A stretch of DNA of 64,000 bases from the human T2T-CHM13v2.0 reference genome, Homo sapiens: the NCBI RefSeq assembly GCF_009914755.1, contig NC_060932.1; one strand, given 5' to 3'. Each line of letters begins with the position of its first letter. Positions within the stretch are counted from its first letter, which is position 1. The position numbers were made by a program, and so were the translations under genes. The notes below the pieces were generated by a model. The model did not search any database. It saw only the letters and a list, made by a program, of their open reading frames with translations, and had not been told where the DNA came from. Positions 1 through 12,280 of this stretch are shown here, in pieces.

Positions 1-712
1 TCACAATATTTAATATAAACCTACTGAGTGAACAGGGTCATTGCTGAGAAGCACGTCCTTCTCAAAGTCCTCTAGTGAAGTGACTCCTGTCTGCCATTTT
101 GCCATTACAGCAGTGGTAGAGGACATCCTAACGCGTCAGTTTTGTTTAATTGATGTTGAAGATAAGTAATGACCAAGGCAGTGACCTTCTAATACCATGT
201 TCTCTGCAGTTTTGGGTGGAAGTACAGACATTTGGTTACTTGTTTTCCTTCACAGTAGTGAGCACCTGCTGACATGCTCGGTAGTTCCCTTGTTGACTGC
301 TTGCCTTCCCTTAGGAGACTGGGATCCCCGTGAGGGCAGGAATTTTTATATTTCCTCATATCTAGAATTATGCCTGGCATGGAGTGGGTTCTCAATAAGG
401 TTCTTGCTGAATTGAATTCATCTGTTGAAATATGCCTTGAACAATCTGGGGACACAGGAAGGGAGCTGCTCATGCTCACTGAGTCTGTCAGGAGGCACAG
501 ACACACAGAAGAATTGGAAGTTGAGCTAGGCCTGAAGGGTAGGAGTTCTCTGGCTGGACAAGGCATCAAAAGGCAAAAGCAGCATGAGCCACGACTTGTC
601 CCGGCCTCCAACACAAATGCCAGTGGGGTCCAGGAATATAACTAGCAATGTGGAAGTCATCGTTAAATCAGTTGGGAAGGAAGGAAACATTAGTGTCTTG
701 TCTGAAGGCTTC

Positions 713-1114
713 TGATATGGTTTGGACGTGTGTCCCCTCCAAACCCCATGTTGAATTGTAATCCCCAGTGTCGGAGGTGTGACCTGGTGGGAGGTGTTTG
801 TGTTGTTGGGGCGGATCCCTTATGCATGACTTGATATCCTCATGGTAATGAATGAGTTCTCACTCTGAGTTCACACGAGACCTGGTTGTTTAAGAGCCTG
901 GCACCTCCTCCTGCCATCTGGCCATGTGATGGGCTGGCTCTCCCTTCTCCTTCCACCATGATTGGAAGCTTCCCAAGGCCTCACCAGGAGCAGATGCCAT
1001 CGGCACACCTCCTATGCAACCTGCAGAACTGTGAGCCAAAATCAAACCTCTTTACTTTATAAATTACCCAGCCTCACGTATTTCTTTATAGCAATACAAA
1101 AACAGACTAACACA
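713..1114 (+). mobile_element. MaLR solo LTR (MST family)
   Basis: Termini TGATATGGTTTGG...AGACTAACACA, typical MST internal text, 5-bp TSD gcttc/acttc. Confidence 0.85.
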
Positions 1115-2284
1115 ACTTCCAAGATTCATAAAATTAGAATGATGAACGAGGATGGTGATGATAAAGTGTGTGATTGCATAGCAAAGACGAGCTCCTTAGA
1201 GCCGCTTTGATGAGTGTGCTGTCAGTGGACATGTTGAAGATGTGCTTCTTGTCCTGGATGTGTGAATGTTCCTATCTGTCCTCCTCTTGAACTTCACTTC
1301 TTTGTGTTTTCAGTGCCCTCACAGCATAGGAACAGGTAAGAAGCTTAGAGAACCCACAGTGCAGTGGGATATTGGCTGGCTGGAGTGACTTTGGTGTGAA
1401 TAGTGCTTGAGATGGGTTACTCACAGCCTCTTCTAATTCAGAGTGCAGGGAAAATGAGCCCCGTGAGTAAGAAGCATTACAGAGCTATATTTTCTATTGA
1501 GCACAGCTTTTGATAAAAGGAAGAAGAGCTAAATATTGACTTTTGGGGCCTGTTCTGTCAGTGGTCTGTAAATCAACAGATAAATTATTGCTCTTCAGAA
1601 ACAGGAAGGCTACTCTTTCGCTTGAAGACATGTGTGCCTTTCTTTTATTTGTTCTTTCTCTTTTTTGGTAGAGGATCTTCCCTCCAGCCACTTGCTCCTT
1701 AGGGGTTTTGTTAAGGACTGAAGGGGAACTGAAGGGAGCTCTTTTGATTTATCTTCTGTTCTTTCCTTTTGGTCACTCCACAGGGCTAAAATAGCCGAGT
1801 TGGCTTTAATGTGTCGCCATTAGAGACCAAACATTAGCTGAAATAAACCATCATACCTCACAATGAAAAATGTTCTCTGATTGGCTAATTAATCAGTCAA
1901 AGGGGAATGACATGGCTCTCGGCTTGAGGGACTCTGCTAGAGAGAAACAGGCTGTTGATAAATGGTTTTCCAACAAATTCATATATCAAGGAAACTTAGT
2001 CATTTTTTAACTACAGTTTGTGTGACTGCAGTTTTTTTTCCAACTTTTCCTTTTCTGCTGCTCTTGCTTTTTAGGCTGTGTTTTTGTGTTGTTGATAGAA
2101 AAATATAGGAGTTTAGATATGAGAAAATAAATGCTTCCTACTTATTCATGTCAGATAGGCCGATTGGTTTTGACTATCTAGGTTTACCAATAGGTGAAAA
2201 TCAGATTGTTTTTCCCAAGATGAAATTATCTTTTCCTGGCTTCCTTCCGAGTTAAGATCTCCAGCTTCTGGTCCACATTGCGTG

Positions 2285-2480
2285 AGTTAAAATCTTGGCT
2301 CTATCAGTTGCTAGCACTGCGCTACTGGACACGCTATGTAACCTCTCTGTACTTTAATTTTTGTATCTTAAAACAGGGATAATAGTAACATCATCTATTA
2401 GGACTGTTGTCAGAATTAAATGAGATCACATTAAGCATTTGAACAATGACTCATAGATAGCGATTATGTGATAAATGCTT
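2285..2480 (+). mobile_element. MIR
   Basis: Core-like 'aacctctctgtactttaatttttgtatcttaaaacagggataatagtaac'. Confidence 0.6.
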
Positions 2481-2499
2481 GTTATTTTTTAATCAAAGT

Positions 2500-4260
2500 A
2501 ATATACGCACCTAGATGTAAAAAAATTAAGCTCCGCCAAACAGCTTTTAAAGAAAGAGCATTCTGTAGTCATCCTTGCCACTCCACCTCACAAGCCTCCT
2601 CCCTACTACACTTTCAATTCTTCCTCAGTTATTTGGTATTTACCTTCATATTTTACAATAATAACTTGCATTGACATTTTTCCATGTCATAATTTTTAAA
2701 ATGTGGACTTCTGTTTTGGTAGATTAAGATCTGGGCCTTTACACCACTCAAACTACTGATTGTATTGTATAATGATTAGTGAATTTGTTATTTGGGGTTT
2801 ATATTTTTATTGCTATGTAAATATCGTACCCTGCTAAGCCAAATAGTGTACAATAATAACATTTCCTGTAACAATTTTTGGTTGTTTTCTGATGGGAAAC
2901 AAAAGCATTCTGTATATCTGTGTGATTTTGTTTTTTCCCTCTAGACTCTTTGGTAGCCTCTTAATATAAAACTTTCAGTGTGTCAGCTGCATCAGATCAT
3001 CTGTCAGCTGTATCTGTCTCCCAGGAGACCTCTCTCTTAAGATTTCCACCTCCCGGCTCCCTCAGGACTAGGTGCTGGCTCGGCCATTTCCCTGGCCTCC
3101 TGGACTTTTCCCCAGCCTTGCTCCTTTTAGCTCCTCTGTGTCCTCACTCATCTTCCACAGCTTTCTGAAAAGGGCACAGGTCTGAAAATCTCTATTAATA
3201 CTGTGGCAGATGGTCTGGGTATAGAATTCTGAGTTGAAAATCATTTTCCTTCAGCATTTTGAAGGTATTACTCTAGTGTCTTCTGATAGCCATTGTTGCA
3301 GTTCTTATTTTAGTCCTTAGCACAGACCTGTTTATCTCATTTTCAGAAGGTTTTAGAATCTTAACATGCTCAGATTCTAAAACCCCATGGGAATGAGTTG
3401 GTTGGGCGTTTTTATTCACCAGGCACTTGGTAGAACTTTCAGTATGAAGATTCATATCCTTTCATGAGTTCTGGAACATTAGCTGTTTCATAATTTTTTC
3501 CCCTCTGTTTTGTCAGGAAGCCAGTAGTTGAAGCACTGACATCTTGAATTCCTCCTCAGATTTTTCTTTTGTCTCCAATTTTACTGTATCTTTGTTCTAC
3601 TTTGGTGGCGGGGGGGGTGGGGGGGGGGATTGTCTTGATTTTTATTTTCCAACCTTCTTATTATAAGGTAAGTTTTGCTGTCATATTTTTAATTTTCAAG
3701 AGCTATGTCTTACTATCTCATTGTTATTTTTTAATAATGTCCTGTTCTTGTCTCACGGATACAACCGTATGTTCCTTGGCCTCTGGAGGCATTGTGTTTT
3801 TCACACATTCGCAGATTGTTTTCCTGTCTTGGTCCTCTGAGTTCCTCTTTTCTTTTGGTTTTGGTTTGCTCCCTTCATGAGGGAGGATTTCCCCCACATA
3901 GTCCGATGATCCTTTGCCATCTGCTGTAATTTAACAGTCAATTAATGAAGAGCCATTTGGAAGCTGTTTGCAGAGGCAGCCTTCTCAGATGGGGAGTTTG
4001 CCATTTCCTTAGGGAACCCCCAGATGTCAGAGTTGGCGGGTCTTTCTGTCACTGGGGCTTGGCTTCTCTAGAGAAGCCCTCTCGCTGGGGCCATGGACGT
4101 GGGCTCTGGTGGACTAGTGGGGAGGTCCTCCTACATGCCCTGGCCTCCCTCCTGTCAGGAGCGCCTCCCCTGCCCTCCGCTGCATCCTAGGGCCTGCCGG
4201 CAGAGCCTCTGGGGGTCAGTTTTTCCAGGGGTTATACCTTCTGTTCCCTCACATGTTTCT
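2500..4260 (-). mobile_element. Highly decayed ancient L1 (L1ME-like) fragments
   Basis: T-rich, with phrases such as 'gggtatagaattctgagttgaaaatcattttccttcagcattttgaagg'. Boundaries approximate. Confidence 0.45.
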
Positions 4261-4709
4261 CTTGTAGAGGAAACACTGGCTGCTGTTCCCCACTCTGGAA
4301 AGTGGTTGGGCCATTAGGCTCAGGGTATTCAGCAAATCGTTATTGAAGGAAAGGAGTGGAGAAAGACTAAGAGAAAACCCTTTCAATTCAAAAGTGTAAC
4401 AAACCCTTTTCTCATCCATCATTTCCACAATGTTATAAACTGTTTCCTCTCAATACATGTGAGGGGGGTGGGAATGGTTGCATTTTTCAAATCTTAGACC
4501 TGGCATCATTCCCATTTTAAAACACAGAAAACACAAAAACTTACTCTGTTTGCTCCTCAGATTTACTTCCTTATGAGTTGTATTTAAGTACGGCCGTGGT
4601 GTCATGGAGACCTCTCCCCCACACGTGCGTCCATGAGCTCCTACTGCAGCTTGTTGGATCCAAGCCTGAAGAAGGTTGAGAAAGCCCCCACTGTGCAGTG
4701 AAGGAGATG

Positions 4710-5594
4710 GTGCTCTGCCTCCTCCCTCAGCACTAGTGTGGCCCCTTCCTGTGCTCCGTCACCCCCTCAGCACTAGTGTGGCCCCTTCCTGTGCTCCGTC
4801 ACCCCCTCAGCACTAGTGTGGCCCCTTCCTGTGCTCCGTCACCCACTCAGCACTAGTGTGGCCCCTTCCTGTGCTCCGTCACCCCCTCAGCACTAGTGTG
4901 GCCCCTTCCTGTGCTCCGTCACCCACTCAGCACTAGTGTGGCCCCTTCCTGTGCTCCGTCACCCCCTCAGCACTAGTGTGGCCCCTTCCTGTGCTCCGTC
5001 ACCCCCTCAGCACTAGTGTGGCCCCTTCCTGTGCTCTGCCTCCTCCCTCAGCACTAGTGTGGCCCCTTCCTGTGCTCTGTCACCCACTCAGCACTAGTGT
5101 GGCTTCTTCCTGTGCTCTGCCTCCTCCCTCAGCACTAGTGTGGCCCCTTCCTGTGCTCCGTCACCCACTCAGCGCTAGTGTGGCCCCTTCCTGTGCTCTG
5201 TCACCCCCTCAGCACTAGTGTGGCTTCTTCCTGTGCTCTGCCACCCCCTCAGCACTAGTGTGGCCCCTTCCTGTGCTCCGTCACCCACTCAGCGCTAGTG
5301 TGGCCCCTTCCTGTGCTCCGTCACCCACTCAGCACTAGTGTGGCCCCTTCCTGTGCTCCGTCACCCACTCAGCGCTAGTGTGGCCCCTTCCTGTGCTCTG
5401 TCACCCCCTCAGCACTAGTGTGGCCCCTTCCTGTGCTCTGCCTCCTCCCTCAGCACTAGTGTGGCCCCTTCCTGTGCTCTGTCACCCACTCAGCACTAGT
5501 GTGGCTTCTTCCTGTGCTCTGCCACCCACTCAGCACTAGTGTGGCTTCTTCCTGTGCTCTGCCACCCACTCAGCACTAGTATGGCTTCTTCCTG
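4710..5594. repeat. Minisatellite, 40-bp unit (CACTAGTGTGGCCCCTTCCTGTGCTCCGTCACCCCCTCAG), ~22 copies with 41-bp variants
   Basis: Directly visible 40-bp periodicity. Confidence 0.97.
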
Positions 5595-7299
5595 CAAGTT
5601 AAGCATCAATCTTCGAGTACTCTGGTTGTCTAAAGTGTATCATGGAAATATGCCATTCCTAACTTATCTTACTGAAACATGGGGTGGGTTGCAGAAAGTG
5701 CTCTGAACCTCCATAAATACATGCTGGTTGTTATTACCCTGACGTGGATGTCTTTTGCGTTTGCCTCCTGTAGCCAGCAGGCTGTCTGTGCTGGATGGTT
5801 CCTCCAAGCACGCCCTGCAGGAGGTCGCAGCAGGTCAGGTAACTTGCCCCTGGCTCCATTTTCCTTTCCCACAGAAAGAATGTGAGGTGTTCTGCCAGGA
5901 GAGACAGGCCTCACCTATTGCATTTGCCTTTCTTAGTAATAATAATTGTCCTATTGGGAAAGATTAGTGGAAACTGTAGTTGTGATGTGGAAGAGAAAAG
6001 AGGAATGAGCTGAGTGCCACCAGTCTTCACTTCATTCCGAGGTGTGAACTCCCTTTGTAGCGTCAAACCAAGTCTTCTCGGGGGTCCTTCTTGAGTTTTT
6101 GATTAAAGTATAGGCAGGGTCACTTCATATGAGAATGATGTTGAGTAGATTAAACCCATACCCAGGGTTGTGGGGGACAAAGTACAAGCACTAAGCACAT
6201 TTTTAATAATTGGATATCTTACTTAGCTAGAGTTGTTGGATCTTGAGTGTGATCTGTGATTTCTTTTTTTTTCTTTTGACATTACCAGGGCCTGCTAATT
6301 TTGTATTTTTAATCCTCCAGCATTCATCTTGCTTTTTCATTCCTTCCGATGAAACCATTCCTAATCATTATGACCCCTAAATTGTAATCCTAAGTAGCCT
6401 CCCCGGCCCCAGTGTTTCCTACTTGCAGGGCATCCTTTCAGAGCGTTTTGAGAGCTTATTCTCAAAATCGGCTCTTCTCCAATGCTGCTGTCCCATGTCA
6501 GCAGTGCCCAGCGTATGACAGATGCAGCTCCCTTAACACACACACCAGACCCTTGCCCAGCTCACGCTAATCTGCTTCCCTGATGCCGATGCTTGCTGGC
6601 TCCTGGTACGGACCTCCCGGGGCTCTTCTCACCCAGCTCTGTGTCACCCACTCTGCTGCTGCCTCTTTCAGGCCCCTGAGCACGTTCTGGCTCATTGTTT
6701 TATTTGGCAGGTTTTTATTAAATTCTTCTGTGCTAGGTACTGTTCTAGGCTCTGGTGATGAGAGTCACTGCCCCCGGCGGCTAACACCGCAGTGACATCT
6801 TCATGGAAAGTTTCCTCATCTCCATCCTGCCTCTCACTGCGCTCTGCGTTGGTCTGAATTTGCTGATTACTGTCTGCTGCCTGGCATGCTGTCCTTTCAA
6901 CAGTGTGTGTCTTCCTCTTCTGCCCATATGACAGAGGCCATGGCTTTGTACTTTCATAGGCCCTGGCTCAGGGTCGTTAGTAGTTGCTCACTAGGTAACT
7001 AGGTAACTATATGAGTTCGTTGGTATAGTTAAAATGATAGCTAATTTGAACTTCTTTAATACTCATGGGAATCAAGGGTAGTTTTACATTGCAGGTTGAT
7101 TTCCTTGCTTCTTAATTGATAGCCCTATGAAAGAATTAAGTTTCTCCTTCCTACTAAAATCCAGACACATTATCCACTATACTAAGAGTTATACAAAATT
7201 CACTTTCATAGTAAATCTGTTTTCAACAGAAAAAGAGTATTTTTCAGTCTAATAAAGAACCTACTATTTATGGTTCAGCCTTAGTACCACGGAAGTAGA

Positions 7300-7945
7300 A
7301 CAAGCAGACCTTGTGTGCTCCTGACATAATGCAGTATAAATCTGAACTCTTCCTGCCAAAAAGCTGAACCTAAATCTAATCAAATCTCTAGAAGTATTTT
7401 TCATTCACAGAAAATATAAGTTATAGAGATGCAATCTTAGAAGGAAACAAACAAAAATCCAGAATGTGGGACAGAGCTCGAAACAATTGACCCAATTTCT
7501 ACAATAAGTCAGTGGAATGAAAAAAATATGGGATTGTGGGAAAGAATAGGGTGTGGTAACTAGAAAAACCCTAAAAGATACAAGTATCATGCGCTAGTGT
7601 AGGCTTTATTTAAGAGCTGATTTGAACCATAAAAAGACGTCCATGAGCTGGTGAGGAAACTGATGATAGATCGCATTAGATGCCAAGAAATTATTGTCTG
7701 TTTGATTAGATGTGCTAATGGCACTGTGATTGTGTAAGGAAATTTCCGTACTTTTTAGTGGTTTTTACTGCAGCATTCAGGATGAAATGACTTGATGTCT
7801 GGGATTCACCTTAAAATATTTCAGCAAAGAACAAAGCAATGATGTAACAATGTGGCAAACTTTGTTAATTGTTGATAGGAATATTAGGGTTCACTAATTT
7901 TTTTTGTATATTTGAAATTTTTTGCACAATAAAAAAGTTTTTTTA
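7300..7945 (+). mobile_element. Old L1 3' end (L1ME-like)
   Basis: 'ctgaacctaaatctaatcaaatctctag', ending in aataaaaaagtt. Confidence 0.5.
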
Positions 7946-8679
7946 ATCTACTAATAATATGTTCTTTAATATTTATTTAGTCCCACCACAGAATGGTTTA
8001 ATTTTGTGTGACATTGAAGTTCACAATGTCATGGTCATCCTGCAAGTGTGAAGTTGCTAGTGTCCAATTTATTTTTGCCCTCATATGTCCTAGTTTATTT
8101 CTTCCTTAAATCCTTTCAATAAGTCTTCTTGCTGTGTATACTAATATTAGTAGAAGTCAGGGCTGGAAGCAAACAAAGAGAAGAAAGATAGTTGTCCCAG
8201 GAGAATCCATATCTTGGTTCTTTACTGGAATATAATTCCCCAGTCCTCTGAGCAGAGCACCCCATCCCCCACCCTGGAGGTCTGGTACATTCCCTTCATA
8301 GAGATCTTCGCCCAGATCCCATGGGACCGAAGTGAGGTGTAGAAGCAGTAGAGTGCCTGGTTCCACCGGGCCCCTGCCCTCTGTGTACTCCTGGCTAGTG
8401 GGGAAATCAAGGTTGAGAGTAGCAAGCAGTTAGGAAGATTTAGGAATGCAGAGTAACCAATAGGTTTTTGTTGATACTGGATTCTGGCAAAGAGATAGGA
8501 GTTTCAGAATGGGAGCAAGCCCAAAAAGTAATTTTTAAATCATAAGGTGATGGAGTGGAGTACAAAGCTATTCCAGGCCTGGGATATCCAAATTTGATTG
8601 ATGTCTCCAGAGTGCAGGTTGTCTTCATACACGTCAACCTTGTTCTTGTCTGTGGGGTGAAGTGCTCCAAGGGAATGTC

Positions 8680-9110
8680 ATGAATGTATCAGTGTATGAG
8701 TGACCTGCTGTGTGTAAGTCACAGAAGTTTGTCTCCTTGGCAATTGTTCCCCAGGTGCGGTCAGCCTTGTGAGCTTCCCCCTAAAGCAATTCTCTGTTCC
8801 AGGGGAGGGAGTTCCCTGGCATTGAATGCTGCAGGCTTTTCGACTTATTCCAAGGAAGTTCTTGATTATGCTAAAGTTTTTTTTTCCCTTTGCTCTTCCG
8901 TCCCCCAAACTACCTTTTTAACTTGTTCATTTCTTTGAATCATTTGGGCCCTTTGCTTTTTCTTCTTTGTACATCTTCCAGTTTGTCAGTAGGATGTAGC
9001 TGGCACTTGTACGGCACGCATTGCATCTTCTGCTTCTCCATTGCGGGGATGGGGCAGTACTGTGAGATTGCTGCATTCCAGTGGTGCTTGTGCATTTCAT
9101 GTTTTCCTTG
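8680..9110 (-). mobile_element. CR1/L3-like LINE fossil
   Basis: The minus strand at ~8965-8995 reads TDKLEDVQRR, resembling the CR1 ORF2 C-terminal DKLERVQRRATKMI motif. Confidence 0.4.
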
Positions 9111-9329
9111 ACACTTCCTGTGACAAGGTCTCTCATGGGGCCAGGACGATACCCGTGGTCAGCGATGGAGGTTCCTTTATCTTTTAGGCAAATCTGTTCT
9201 CCTGGCAGTCTGGATTCTTGAGATATTGCTCACAGGTTTAAAGCATCCAGGAGCCAGGTTAGAATGATACCACAAATTCTTTTTCATTAGAGGTGGTTTG
9301 CTGTAGTTCTGTAAGGTCTGATTGCTTTA

Positions 9330-9660
9330 AAAGTCAGAAACTTAGGCTCAAGTCCCAGCTCTGTCACTGAGCCCTCAGTGTGACTTTGGATCACACTGGA
9401 AATTTTATAGCTGGAAAAGACCATCTAGGTCTTCCCTGGACTTCCAGAAAAGGAAACTGAGGTTTATAGAGGTTAAGCTTGCCCACTTCAGAGCTGGGCA
9501 GAGAGAATTCCAGCTTTTTGCTTCTAGGCGAGGGGACCACACCATACCTGCTCTGATCTTCTTCCTCCTCACTTGGGAAATGTGGATGACAGCCTATGCT
9601 CACTTTAGCAGTTGATGAAATTGTATGGATTGAAAGTACTTGGAGACTCTTTAAGGCATA
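9330..9660. mobile_element. MIR fragments in both orientations
   Basis: 'tcccagctctgtcact...gtgactttgg' and 'ggaaactgaggtttatagaggttaag'. Confidence 0.5.
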
Positions 9661-10254
9661 AAGCAAATGTGCAGTCATCATTTTCTTGGAGGAAGTAAGT
9701 CTAAGCAGATAGCTGGGGCACCATCATCCTCTCCTCCTTTAGCGTATGGGAGGGGAGTTGGAAGCACGCTTTCGTAAGCCATCATTGGAAATCCATCCCT
9801 TTCCTCTATTCACTTCCACCTTCCTTCCCTTTCTGCAGGATAGGCGTGATTAATCTGTGGTACTGGGAAGAAGAGTTCACTGAGGTTTTTGTGTTCTGGA
9901 ATTCGGTTTTCTACCAGCAGTGTCTTCCTAAAATATATTCCTCTTTATCTTGCTGAGATCATGATAAAATATAGAGCTTCTACTCCATTATCCATCTATT
10001 AAGAAAATAGAGAAAGCTGAAGAGACTGATGCCAGGGACTCCCCCAGGGGCCGCCATCTCACACTGACTCAGTGTCCATCTTGCAGAAAGGAGAGTTGGG
10101 ACAGATTTGTCATCTGCATGCTTCAGTATTTGGGTCCTGTAAGCTGAGCGCCTGGATCAAGTGGTATGGTCTGAGGTGGGAAAGCAAAGAGAAGAGAGTG
10201 CTGTCCTTTTTCATTTGGGGCTAGTGTAACATTAAGAAATTTTACTTTATTCTT

Positions 10255-10590
<336 letters not shown>

Positions 10591-10959
10591 CTATTGTTTT
10601 AGAATGATCATGACCAAGAAGAACCCAAGTTACTTATAACAGCTCTTTCAGTAAAAGAATCGCAAAATAATTATCATTGACATTATTTAAAACTCTGCGG
10701 TAACATCTGATTGTATCAATGTCGTTTAGCAACAGGTTGACTCTTAAGTCGGACAAGTTCATTTATACATACGCAGTGTTCTTGTTCATGAATCCTTAAG
10801 AATAATACCAAATGCTGTACATCAGACTCTTGTTAGGTAATATTCCTGCACCCAAGGTCTCACTTTGTGGAAGTGACAGTGGAGATAGAAAAAATGTTAT
10901 TTCCATCAAAACTGAGAAGGAAAACAATCCTAAAGACTAGCAGTAACAGATGCAAGAAT

Positions 10960-11095
10960 GGTGTGGTGTAGTAGAAAGAGTCCGGGATGTGTCATCACAC
11001 AGACCTGGATCGCAGTCTCGGCTCTGCCCTTGTGAGTCATATGACCTTTGGCAGGAATTTAACCTTTCTGAGCCTTAGCAGTTAGCTAGTGGAAT
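10960..11095 (+). mobile_element. MIR
   Basis: 'gtggtgtagtagaaagag...agacctggatcgcagtctcggctctgcc...tttaacctttctgagcctt'. Confidence 0.6.
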
Positions 11096-12140
11096 GACAA
11101 ATAGCCCAGTAAGGACTAACTCAGACCGTGGTTGAGAACATGTTCCCTATTCAGCTTTGTTGGAAGTGGCCCTAACTTGGAAAAAACCTACTTTGCCCAG
11201 TAAAATTCCCAGCATCCATGTTCTAGTCTGTAGTCCTTGGACATTGTCCTCCCTTGATCCCCTGCCAGCGGCTCCTCTTACCTAATGGCCCTGTGTCATG
11301 TCCCGTCACTCAGACATGCAGGGATTGTGGTTCTGTCTACTGCACCCCAGTTTAGAGAGGGACAGTAAGTGGGATTAGAGTGCTGTGGAGTGGTCACCAA
11401 TGTGGTCTGAGTGGCTCCACTTTTGCCCGAATGCTTTCTCCCAGTCAGGCCGCTCACCTGTCCATTTCAAAGCGTATTGAAGTTGGACCTCCATAAGCCA
11501 AGCAGGTGTGTTGGGGAATGAACTGGAATCTTTGGTGGCAGGTCTAGAATGCAGAGTAAGAGAAATGGCAGAGCCAGGCAGAAGAAGGATGGAAACAGGA
11601 GCAGACACGTCTGTCCCATCATTTCCCCAGCAACTGTCAGGCCTCGGGGCCTCAAGGAGAACTGTTCGCTTGTAAAAGCAACAGCAAACACGTGAAGCAT
11701 GAACACACCCTTTAAAGTCTCAACAGTTCTGTTGAGACCATCTTAAATTGATGATTGTATTCAAATATAGTTAACAGCATAAAACATAAGTTTAGGTTTA
11801 TAATAAAATTATTTAAGTGAATCTGTTACTTTTTGCAGGTACTCTGTCCAGATATAGATTCCAAATACACTGAAAAAAAAAATTGACAAACTAGAAAACC
11901 TTTTTTTAATACTGTGTTTTATTGAAATAAAATTTAAATATTATAATACAGATGATCAGTTTCCCAAGAAAGTAGGAAGGGTTCTTACCTCTAATTTCCT
12001 TGCTGTGAAAGTGTACGTGAGTACAAACTCATTTTTCTAATATCAAATCATTGCTGCTTGTGCACAATTTGGGAAAACTGATTATTTTCTGAAAAGCTAA
12101 CACCAGGAGGAGCTACTAAGCAGTAATTGATTCACCGCCT

Positions 12141-12280
12141 CCAGTTCTAAGCTGGCAGAATCACCCGGTGGACTTATTAGAAATGCATATTGTAGGCTCT
12201 GGCTCGACACTAGAAATCAGCATTCTTAACAAGCTCCCAGGTAATATGGTATGTAATTTCAGAAACAGTGACCAGGCCAT
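12141..12280. mobile_element. MER5-like hAT-Charlie MITE fossil
   Basis: 'cagaatcacccggtggacttattagaaatgcatat...cattcttaacaagctcccaggt'. Confidence 0.55.

Noticed and set aside
4710-5594. CRISPR-like regular repeat
   Set aside because: Head-to-tail units with no unique spacers, in eukaryotic DNA.
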